From Phoronis australis (Eukaryota > Animalia > Phoronida): a stretch of 64,000 bases of DNA. Under the pieces are notes generated by a model, which saw only the letters and a list, made by a program, of their open reading frames with translations, did no database searches and was not told the origin of the DNA. Location: assembly GCA_002633005.1 (NCBI GenBank), contig NMRA01000530.1, positions 1 through 64,000 of the forward strand. The letters are read 5' to 3'. The position numbers and the translations under genes were made by a program. Positions 27,578 through 39,600 of the stretch are shown piece after piece (positions within the stretch are counted from its first letter, which is position 1; each line of letters opens with the position of its first letter).

Positions 27578-29259
27578 TGGACTAAGGCCATTTACTAGGT
27601 CCTCGTCGTACCATCTGACGTTTCTTGGAAAACATTTGTCTAGCCACGAGTATACAGTAAGAGTAAAATAGGCCTTGTGCAAAATGTTCCCATAATACCA
27701 TCAATACCATGTATAACATCATCGTAATTAGCAAAAAAAGAAACTCCAATTTTATTAACAACCGTTTTCGTCTGAACTTCGTCTAGAAAGCTGGTTTTTA
27801 TTGAGAAGGCTTGAGGATCATTTTTAGTTAAAACCCAATTTTCTGGTTATTCTAGATAATTTTAGCTTAAACTAAATTTCCGTGTTCTAAATAATTTTGC
27901 ATGCGTCACTCCGGATACGGCGTACACATGACCGCATCCCAGAACCATTTCCCTACATCCTATGCACGTGGGACTGCGTCTGACATCGGGTGCATCATTG
28001 TGTTTCTTAGCTTGCGACAAGTAGACCGTTATTCGTCTTCGTCAACTGCTTATATAGTGCATGTATGGCTGAAGGTTGTTGCGTACCGTGATGCACACAT
28101 TTTGAGTATTAAGTGTGTCGTTTCACCATGGTTTCACAGAGTTCCCGTGGATGACCAGATTCGACGTTCCCTGTTCATGCCTCGGCTAAAATGGTGCAAA
28201 ATCTAGGTTTGTCGCAGAATACTCGCCGAAGACTAATACGAAGGGTAATTTTCGGTAAATATCATACAATCTAAAGATGTTCACACTGAGCCGTCGCATG
28301 GGCAAAGATGGCGGGAAGTGGTCAGACGCATGCATAACTTTAAGTTCAAAAGTTGTCTTGGATCAGCAGAAAATCATGTTTTAACTGAATATAACGCTAC
28401 AAAGGTTGCCCTCCCCATTGATGGTCAGTTACTTTTCATCCATCCTGTATATCAGTTACATATGTGTAACAATCAATCTCAAATCTAATATTCATGTTTC
28501 AATTGCTGTGACATCATTGCACCCATCCATCGATCCAACCATCCGTCTATCTATCTGCCTTAAAGTGGCACTATTCTAATCTACACAATTCTTTGAACCA
28601 ATTGCAAACTTCTATCATCCAGAGCTCTTGGCTATAACATTTGGAAATATACATGTATGTCGTCACACCCATCCAACTAAAGACCTACATGTGAATGTAT
28701 CATTTGACACACATGCACCGACCGTTCTCGTATCTAAGTCTCGACACACTAGCTCAGTCAGTTGTCGGCTGCTGGTTCTCTTTTGTTAGCTTGTGTTGTC
28801 AGCACCAGTGGTGCTTTTTCCTCCACGCCCTAGGTCTATGCAGTCCGACGCCCTGGGTTATTGGTGCACTTGAGACCAGCGAAATGTTTTACCTTCGACA
28901 ACAGCAGCACAAAGACTCAAAGAAACTCTTGGGCTGTGAATTTTCAATACTGTCATTTTCTATCAACAATCGAGAACGCTCTTAGTCACTATAACTATCT
29001 GTTACATCTTTGTAATCTGTACAGTTTTCCTCATCACTATCGGGACCAGAATCAATTTTACAGATTGAGCAGCGACTTTTATCCGCGCGCAAAAATCTCT
29101 GCTACAGTTCGAACTTCTGATATTATAGTCATACGTTGCTCCCTCCTTTTCGGCACTTCCAGTGTTCAAATCTTCTGTGAAGAGCACTTCAACTCAGACT
29201 TGACTAGTCGCAAACCAGTTACTATGACGACTACCAAGCCCAATTATGTATTCATAACT

Positions 29260-29553
29260 CATAGCCCCCCTCCCCCCTTAGCTGGTGCCAAAGAAATAAA
29301 TCAGGAAGACCGCAAGAAATATTGAGTTCATTAACTAACTCTGGTAATGACGAAGCGGCCGAAACGAAATAAGGTGTAGGAAACGTCTCCCCATTTTTTT
29401 TAGTCGTGCGGTTGCATTTCAGCAAGGAGAACCACATTCTCAGACGTGCCAGCCCTCCTTCATTTCAGGCAGGGCGCGCATGCAGTCGTGCTTTACGCGG
29501 TTGCCCGAGACAAAGTGTTGGCTCCCCCTTATGATATCCTAGATCCGCCATTG
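29260..29553 (-). mobile_element. Related GGCGGATCTAG-type MITE, degenerate
   Basis: Ends CCCCCTTATGATATCCTAGATCCGCCATTG, close to the reverse complement of 20136-20167; CATAACT on both flanks. Confidence 0.6.
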
Positions 29554-32500
29554 CATAACTTAAAAATGGGTTACTGGTGACATTCAATTTTATGTAATTT
29601 CGATTGCATATCTTCTCGGCCTTAGAGTGCTAACTGGCCATAGTAATGATTACGTGATGAAGCCTTCGTGAACAGCAAAAGTCGAAAAATATTAATTGTA
29701 CGACTTGCTGAAAAAGTCGCAGGTGTAATTAGACGAGTATATCCAAATACCGACCTTTCTCTTAGCTTTGGGGTGTTAACGGAGTAAAAGATACCTTCAC
29801 AGCTGTATCTGTCTATTCATTGCCTTTTCATCACGCTGCCTTCCGTACAAAATATCTTGTTGAAGTATGCTTTCGGTTTATTTCGGTAAAATGGTGCAAT
29901 CGGTGACTTGCAATCGACGCCTATAAAATCAATGGACCTCTTGTGGAGTTGATGGAACTTAAGGTTATCTGTATGGAATATAAAATTTCATCAGTCGTTT
30001 ATTTGAAATAAGACATTTTTCCAATTGAAAACAACACATTTTTGACTGAAAACTAAAACATTTTACCGACTAATGCACACGCACCCATCTCAATGGGGAG
30101 ATGGTAGAGCGAGTGAAAACAACGAAGTTTAACAATGGCATTACTGGAACTGAGTACCATATCTTAGCATCAATGGTGATTTTGTACTTGGAAAGAGAGC
30201 ATGTGAAAATTCATTGGAATGTAACATTACCTCATACTCTATGTGAAACGAAAACAAAAGAAGCGAAAGATTCACTGTCACTCTTTATTCTGCTTTACGT
30301 AATGACTGTCGTATAGTACATTATTGTTCAACAAGTACGCCTTGTCGGGAACAGTAAATGTCAAATTCAAATACCCTAAAATTATATTTTATGTCATCCA
30401 GCTGTACACTGTCAAACAAATTTCAAGATGGTGTCTGGCAACCATGCTGAACTTTATTTGACCTTGACATTGGAATGAAACCGTATTCTGCATAACAAAA
30501 AACTAAAAGTTCAAAATAGGAGTTGACTGGCGGCCAAAATAGATTTGTGGAAATAACAAAACTGCTCAAGCTTATCACACTGGCAACCAAGCTGAATATT
30601 CTTTAGGATTCCACTGTGACACAATTGATTGTAATATATTTAAGAATATGTTTTGTCAATTTCTGGAATGGTGTCTCGTAGTTGTCATCAGTATCAAATG
30701 CCTTTGAAAAGTCAATGAACTTGACACTGTCGGAATGAAATCATTATCTTATTTCTCGTATATTGCCAATTTACCTGTAGTATATTCAGTTGAATTATAG
30801 TTGTCAAGGCCGTAGAATTGAGTGAGGTACTCGGAAATCTTGACGTCCGTAAACGATTTATTTAAAAGAATGAAAAATTGTGCTCTTCGTAATTGTGCTG
30901 GGCTGCCCTCACGGACAAGTTCGTGACAGAAAAAATACAAGATTCACATGCGTGGCACAATAGCAGAACTATATACAGCACTTAATCATTGTGAATTCAT
31001 CGGAAATGCATTGTTTCCCATATCGCTACGCGAGAGTCGAAGCACATGCCTTCGTTGATAAAGAGTTGTTCCTATCTTTGGGAACAGTCACGTTTCGAGG
31101 ACTTAAAAGCGTGGTGTTCTATAACGATCCGTACAGACCCATCGTTCTGTTTTACGCGAAATGATGTTGGTATGTATACTCGCTCTTCTAGCTGTTGTAG
31201 GTAAGTGCAGTTTAACGACTCTTCGGATATTCCGACACACTATTAATTTTTGTCAACATAATGATGTAGGTAGGTCTTTTTGGACTGTCGAGTCCACCAC
31301 AAACTAATTCCTGCTCCTTGTGTGCTAAATGATACATCGAGAACTCGAAGAAGGATTTAGAGCTCGAGAACATATCCATTAAGTTTAACTCACTCAAAAC
31401 ACGTCTTCTGTCACAGACGCCATTCTGGCAGTGAACTCCAAAATATTACCCATATTGATTTGCGTGGCAGGTGGTGTCGCCCTAGCGAATGATTTACGCA
31501 TTGCAATCAAATGTAAGTTGGCATTCAACAATTATTACGGATTTTGGCCTTGAAAAACCAGTCTGTTTCACAATGTGTACTAAACCTGCAAATATGAACA
31601 GCATACTGGACCAAAGACCTCACAAACCTTGTGCAAAGTCTACAGAGACTGATTGCTAAGTCAATGTTCCATGGCATCAGGCGGCTGTCAAGATTGCCTG
31701 TGCTCACGCTGCAAAATCCGCACTAATCGTTTTGGCGCAGAGATGAGCTTCATGTATGGGCCGAGTTTATGTACATTCGAGGCACGTTACTCTCCGTCTG
31801 CGGTGGCCCTTGGCATTTTCGAGAAGTCGGTTTTCTAATATCCACCCGTGGGCATATTTTCGGAAATTTCCAGTAGGCTTGAGCCACTGCGTCTAACACT
31901 GAACCAAGGTAATGCGTACTATTAGATGTAGAATAAAGACGAAAACACACCAGTTTCCGAAATCTTAGATATTTTCAGACTAGAGCCCCTTGGAAATAGT
32001 GCACCTTCGGACAAGTGCACCTGCAGACTAGCGCACCTTCAGAGTACTACCATGTAACACCCCAGCCCATCGCCTTTTCAAAATCGAGAAATAAAAAAAC
32101 AACCACCAACCAGTGATATTGTCTACATTATTTCATGCACCACTCAATTCGAGTGATTTCATCTCTGCCAAGACTTACCGTACTCACTGGTGGAACTGAC
32201 GTTTCAAGACCAACGTCTGAAATGCCATTTTCACGAAAGACGTCGCTCTAGTCGGCTGGCGGCAGCAACACACGCAATTATTGGCTCACGCAATAAACGA
32301 TGAAATGCGGTTTTTAACTTATATCTGTATATTTACTTATCATCGTACGTGAATCCACCACGTACAATGCCGTCCAAGGTTACATGTACGTGTTCATGGT
32401 TTGCTTCAATGCACTCTCTCAGGCAAGCTGTATCTTATCAATATTGGGGTTTGCAACTGAGTCAGGGAGTGTTTGGCCGGGTTGTTCACACGCACCAACC

Positions 32501-33690
32501 CGCTTGTAAAGATCCTGGGTTTAGTGTTCTATGAAAAGATCCTATCCAATACTGTGAGGTAGACGTCTAATGGGGCTAGTTTGTTGGCAATGTGTTGAAA
32601 TGCATCGTTGGAAAGTTACCGTAAACATCCGCTGGCATAAATGAACATTCGGAAACGCGTATCAACTGACCAAGGTATAGAGTTCAGTAGTGCTAAAACC
32701 TCGTCAGAAAAGCAAGACTTTGCGAGATTACCCGAGACATTGTTGTGTATCATAAACGAGAGCACGTGAGTTTGGTTAGATTTCTCCAGCCGCGATACAA
32801 TTCCGTGGACGCAGTAACTGGTGAAATTTAGCTTCACTGTCGTCTGATGGCTGGTACCTCGAAAAGCTTTTGTGCGGAATCGCTAAATGCAGCTGACTTC
32901 AATTTCTTATTCTTATTTGAATGTTTTTAGTGCTTATAGGAACAAAACCATGTTGCAATAAAGCCGTGCTTTAAATAATGGTGAACTCAAGTAATAATAA
33001 TGTTTTCCGTTCATACTGTTTACATGTCACAAAGTTTTCAGTGATGTCACAGGAAGTTTACAAGCCGACAACCGTACCATAGATGAATTCTCCCGAATAT
33101 TGCAGCACGGAGTTCGTCACATTCATTATACGCATGATGTAACACCCCTCTCCCCCGAAAAAACAGGACAAATTTTGAAGTATTTTCGCCCGTTCATCAT
33201 CGACGAATGCAGTGATATAGAGCTTTAGTGGTTCTGCTACACCGTAAAACCTAATTTCTGACGTTGTGGCAACGTAATGAATGTTTCATTCCTGGACGTT
33301 GTGCAGGCATTCCATAACTAATTTTATTAATACATTCACATTTACTATTAAGCAATGTCTGTGATTTACGTGTTCCTATACCCATACTGTACTATTTTTA
33401 TTTCATTGTGCTGTAGCGTGATTATTTTTTGTAAATGTTATGTCTCTTAATTACCACTTATAATTTATTTGTATAATGTGTAATAATTATCTTATAATTT
33501 CAAATCTGCTTTAAAATTTTGAAGTTCGCTATTGTTCTAGTGAGAGTCCTCTTGGTAAGTCTTGCTTTCGTAGGAGACGACACCCCCATTATGAATAGTA
33601 CAACAACCTTGTAAATTCCATCGTACATGTATATGACCACCTGCACAACTCGTTCTGATATCGGGTTGACTGTGTTCTTCTTACCTGCAG

Positions 33691-36600
33691 GGCGTGTACG
33701 TGGTTCAGACCCATGCAATAACCCCACCATTCTTAAAGACAGTTGGCGCCTTGAAACAAATGGTATGAACCCAATGATGTGTGATAAAAACTTGGCAGAA
33801 GGCTGGTATCGTTTCCAGGTACCTGGCGGTAACGGTCGCATGCCTCATGTGCCAGACGAGAACAATGCAAACTTTGGAACCCGCAAGTGTGGAACTTATC
33901 TCCCAGTTATTTTTGTGGGAGATCATCCCAAAGTCTCCGATGGTGTTGTGGAACGACAACAGTGCGTGTCCTATGATAAACACTGCTTGCCACGCGTAAA
34001 CTCTCCCGAGTACAGAATCAAGATTAAAAACTGTGGAACGTTTTATATCTACTACCTTCGCCCTCTTGTTTGCCAACTGGCGTACTGCGCTGGTAAGTTA
34101 CCTTTCACATATACTGTTATAGATTGGGAGGTTTCGATGAACGTGCCGCTTCTCACCAACTGTTGCGATCTCCGGTCGCTTGTACTATTCCTGAATGTCA
34201 ACACTTTTGGTCCCGTCACGCCCGTATCGTTTATGTTGCTATGTCTCCGTCAGTGTCCTTTCGGCATACCGTCCGGAGCGAATCGCTACTCTATTCCACT
34301 TCCACTGGATGAAGAAAGGCACTTAAGGGGGATGCGAACCCACGCTCTCTAAAAAATTATCTTTGGTTTGGACCTCATTGTTGTATACCAGGTCTCAACT
34401 TGTTCCTTACTCGGACCAGAAATTATTTCTGGTCTTGGGAACGAAAACATGACCTATCGTTATTGGTTGAGGTGTGATTGAATAAGTTGGCTTGTCACGG
34501 CGAGTCATTTTATAAGCCTGGAAGGTTTTCAGCAAGATCGAATCCGGTGTCCAGAAATCATTCCACATTTGAATAAAGTACGTAGATGGAACGAATATAC
34601 GAAGAATGCGGCTTTGGATTGACCATAGACTTATTCTTAACCAGATAATAGTATTTGTAAAACAATGAAATTCCGTATTCTTCATCTTTTTAATTGACAA
34701 ACAATCTTTCATTTAAAACACGGAAATGTATACAATTAACAAGAACTTCATGTAAATAATCACGTTTACAATTAATGTAGTACAAAAATATTGCAACATC
34801 TAGCAGTATACAATTTTTTATTTCCAAAGTTGACAATCCTTGTTGGTAAAAGATTGATCATAAACCAATGAAGCAATGCAGGCGCGTGTAGAAACTGGCG
34901 GGATCGTATTAGATGATCGTGATATACCTGCGTACATGTAGGTCTCATATTTTACAGTATGATTTCATTTGGACAGCAAATAACTAAGCTGATTTTGCAA
35001 GTTTTAATTTCAACGAGGCGTATTGAAAACCTTAAGTACGAAACCTTTTACCTTCTGGTAATGTAGTGATAAAATTCATACGTTGAAATTCTTTAAGCCG
35101 CAAAGGGTCCAGATGAAGTTTTGCAACCTGTCTTATCCGGCGTAGAAGTGGGCAAGAACGGCGACTTCATGTTTAAGTGTTATCACCAATCAGACGGAAA
35201 GGATTACAAGGCCACGTGGTATGCAGATGATGACATAATTCAAGCGGAAAACATCCAGGGAAAATCAAACGAAGTATCAACACTTCCAGTGAAACTGCTT
35301 AACAAACATTTCAATAAAAAGGTAATTATCTCAGTGCTACGCGTGACTGTGTGATGTATGATTATTTCAGTATTATACGTGTCTGAGAAAGGTATAATGA
35401 TATGAAGAGGGTTGTATTAAGTATATCCGTTAAGGTTGCGCATGTCTCAAGGAAACGGTCCAAATTTGGTGAACTTCGTTACATCATATCTCAACAATCA
35501 ATGATCGAATTCAAAAAAACTTTCAGATGCCGTACTTTTATGCATTATCCTCCAATTTTGCATGACGGGCTATAAAAACATGACATTTCGCGACAAAAAG
35601 AAAGTTGCATAAAACGAAATGATACGCTCCAACAGCGTTTTTGATCAGATCTCAACCTGAACACTTGTTTTTCTGTCAATATACCTTTCTGTTTTGCTAC
35701 GTTTATTGAAAAGATATAGCCACGTGACATAATTAATCAACCTTTTCAGGCTTTCTACTGTCACACAATATGTAGTTTTACACGGTTAAAGTCTTCACAT
35801 GTAGTTTTACACGGTTAAAGTCTTTACATGTAGTTTTACAGGGTTACAGTCTTTACATGTAGTTTTACACTGTTACAGTCTTTACATGTAGTTTTACACG
35901 GTTAAAGTCTTTACATGTAGTTTTACACGGTTAAAGTCTTTACATGTAGTTTTACACGGTTAAAGTCTTTACATGTAGTTTTACACGGTTAAAGTCTTTA
36001 CATGTAGTTTTACACGGTTAAAGTCTTTACATGTAGCTTTGTTGATGTTTGGCTAAATACACAGATTTATCAAGAGGGTCCTACATAACCTTAATTAAGA
36101 AAATTTAAGGCATGCAATAGCCGGAGAGCTGACAAGACTATTACGCAAGCAGATTGCCGTTTTCGGTTCATAAAGAAATAATACCGGTAACCTTGAAATT
36201 TTGATATTCGAAGATCCTTACGTAAAATACACTAAATCCAAATGCCAAACTGAAACCACCTACGTCCGTTGCTATATTTCCGAGACCTCTTGATGGCGTG
36301 ACATTTTGCAAACATGCTTCTATAATAGATGGCGATCGTCGACGGATTTTCATGAAATTTGGTAAATTGGTAGCAATGCCGCCCTCTCGTTTTCGGATGG
36401 ATTCAGTGTATTATGCGCCACCTAGGTGCGGTTTTATTACTGTTTTCGTGTTTTTGCGTCCCCTCTATCGATTATGAGAACTGGTATATGTGCTCCTACC
36501 TAGAAGAGGACACCTGTGGCGCATCCTAATCAGGCCCGTAGCCGTGTGGGGGGAGGGGGTCCGGGGTTCGCGGGGGGAGGTCCATCGAACCCTCCCGCGG

Positions 36601-39600
36601 AAAAGGTCCAGCCCCAGCCTTTCCGTTAAAAATAATATATAGATGGATAACAACAGCAACAAAATTGTTGCAGCTACTGGTACTACTAACTACAATGATA
36701 ACTAAGTTTGAAATTGCTTCTGATTCAAATCGCTTCACGTAATCGGCGGGCAGTACCCGGCCCAACTTTGCACGAGTGGTATTTGCGCTGATGGCAGGAT
36801 CGTGCAGACGATTAGAGGCAGCTTTACTTCATTTATTGGCATTGAACGTGCGTGGTTGCTACACCAATATCGTCGACATTATCGTTGGCCAAGTGGCTGA
36901 ACGTTACGCCGTTAAATTATGTAAGTTAATTCTTGTCAGAGGCGTAAAGTAATTATTTACGCCGCAAATAATTACTTTACGCACCTTAAATAATTGTCTT
37001 ACCCATTTCGCCAACGATATACCATAGGGTATCAAGGTAGTCTAGAAGTAAATGTCTATTCCTAGCTGAGCTATAAAGCAACGAAAGTAGTGTGGTGTGG
37101 TGTGAATGCCTTAAATCGACCAAGAAACAAAAACGCAGAAAACATGTTTGTTTTTTGCTATTTTGATGTATTTGCTAGCATAATATTGTAAGGTGCTGGC
37201 ATTTTAAAATTTCAAATTGAAGTCGATCGTCAAATGATCGTTGCTCATCCAGTGTCCACTTTGATTGTGTATTGGTGGATTGACATGCATGCGCGTGTAC
37301 ACGTGTGTGCGTTTCCATTCTTTTAAATCCAGTACATGCCGACGGTAAGTTCATTATAGGCAGACCTCCGTCTTTCCTCAAACAAAAAACAGACATTTAA
37401 CTACCGTGTGTCCTTGCACTGAGAAAACCCCAACGAGCATGTTCATAGTATTAGGAAAAAGTATGTCTAGACCTAAAAAATTCCGTTCGGGTATGTAATG
37501 AGTTGTAATTGCACACCTGGTTTGAAAGTTCGGCGGAAGGTAACGCGAGAACGTTCTCTTTCTGGAGCACATTACATATCCGAATTTGAGTCTTATTATT
37601 TACGAGCAACCGTTACGGCATCCTCATTTCCGTCTGAGAGTCATCATTGCGTATAATTAAGTTGCGTCAAGGGCCTATTACTGAAAGCTCTACACTGCAA
37701 AATATCAAAGATCCACCGTTTTAGAAATTCGAACCACTCCCCGCACAATGCACAATGCAGACCCTTCCCCTGATAGAAACTCATTCCGGTCTGGCTACAG
37801 GCCTGCTAATGACAGTTTGTTTCTTTTTGGGTCCGCGGTTGTGTCTCCTGAATCCCCGCTCTGAAAGAACTTTGCTAAATTTGGTATGTGTATGACATCT
37901 TCCTATTTTCGGATAACGGCCATTTTTATTATTTTCTGTTTCTGATGTATGCATGTCTGCCTCTCAGTCCTCGAAACTTATTGAAGAATCATGATAGGTG
38001 TCTTCCTGAGGTGGAAAGCATTCCAGAATCGACTTTGCACACCCTGGAGGCTATTATTAAGCTTGCTATCATAGCTCCGTCTGGTCGGAATGTTAAAAAT
38101 AATGACCACCGGTTTATGCGATGCACACGATGGGTGCATGTGAACTCTCGTACACAAGTTAACAGTAACGCGCAATGTAACACACTAACTCCGCCATGGA
38201 GCAGCCAAACGCTCTACCGCTGAGCCAAATCCATGCATTATCATGCAGAATGTTTCGAACGTATTGCAATGGTAAAGGCACCGTCCTTGATTTCAGTGAT
38301 TGCCCGGCAGACAACGACGAACATTGGCCATTAGTAAGAGAATCACATATCTCTAGCCAAAACTTCAAGAAGTCTATTCTATTGAACTATAATCACAAAA
38401 TGCTTTTTTCAGTCGCTAAAGCAATAATTCCCTTTAAGGCTGCAATTAATACAAAATTTTCCTTTCACCTCTGAGATTTCCCGCTTTGACCGAAACTAGG
38501 CTTTACCTTGAGAGAAGCGTCCTTGACGAAAAACAAGAAGGCACGGGAACAAAACATTCCGAGCCATGAACACAGTACACAACCTCGCAAGTGTAATCTA
38601 GTGCTTTCGCTAGAAGAGTTCTAGGCAACCTTATGCAAATCTTTGACTTGCTCACCACCTTTCGCATGTATTTACAGTTAACTTGTGCCATCACCGTAGG
38701 AAAAATACAGTCGGACAGAAGCCCATCCTTCAACCTGGAACTCAGCGTAAGCACTTTGTGATAGAAGATTTAAATTTGTGTCTCATGAAATAAGACTTAT
38801 TTGTTTGATAAGTTGTAAAATGCTATATATGTTGCGTTATGGTAATGAAATACTGAGGGTTTACTAAGGACGTTGCTCAAAGTCCACTATACTGAAAATA
38901 GAGTCATCAGTTGCTACTGTCATCGGAGTTTAACTGGGAAGGTATTTCATCCCTTGTCAATGACGCTGCCGAAATAATCAAATATTGAAATTGGATGAAA
39001 CCAGGCCCATTCTACCTGTTACACTTAACAATAAAATATAATTAAGCGGCATGATTTGCTGGATTAACAATGTTAAGACTGCTTTTGGTTGATTTTAGCT
39101 CTAGAGAAGTTTTGTGCCAGCTTCACTGTCATAATCATATCACCATCAACACAATGATCACCACCTCCGTCACCAACCCCAACCGCACCCATGTCTCATT
39201 AGTCATTATCACCAACACCGCATTCAGTACCAGCATCATGCTCAAAGCTACAACCATCGCCACCACCACCACCACCGCTGACCACCTTCGGCGTCAGAAC
39301 CACCGCCACCTCCACCATGTTCACAACCATCACGATCATAATCACCACCACCATCACTACCACCGATAGCATTACTATATATCTACATTGATTACCGCCG
39401 TCGCCATAAAACATGGCTGATGCTCCTCTGCGTGGGATAGATGTCAATACAAAAATGGTTTTAAAGTGCTGTCACATGAAATTACGTGTTCTTAAAATCT
39501 GCAACTCTTAGTCTAGGTTTCGTAGCGTGAAGCGTTCAGTAATGCGAGAGGCGGATGAAGATGACGTCATTTTAGAATCTACAATTCCGATCGTGTGCGA

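Noticed and set aside
27880-28320. Possible Cys-rich exon (CIGC..LGCGH on -) and ORF 27901-28206
   Set aside because: Short, bounded by stops, with no supporting exons and no recognisable domain.
35771-36036. CRISPR-like array of 29-bp repeats
   Set aside because: The units are contiguous with no spacers, there are no cas genes, and it lies in a eukaryotic intron.
37888-38474. ORFs conserved between the arms (vs 2466-3001)
   Set aside because: Frames are not preserved between the copies; the similarity reflects duplicated intron.
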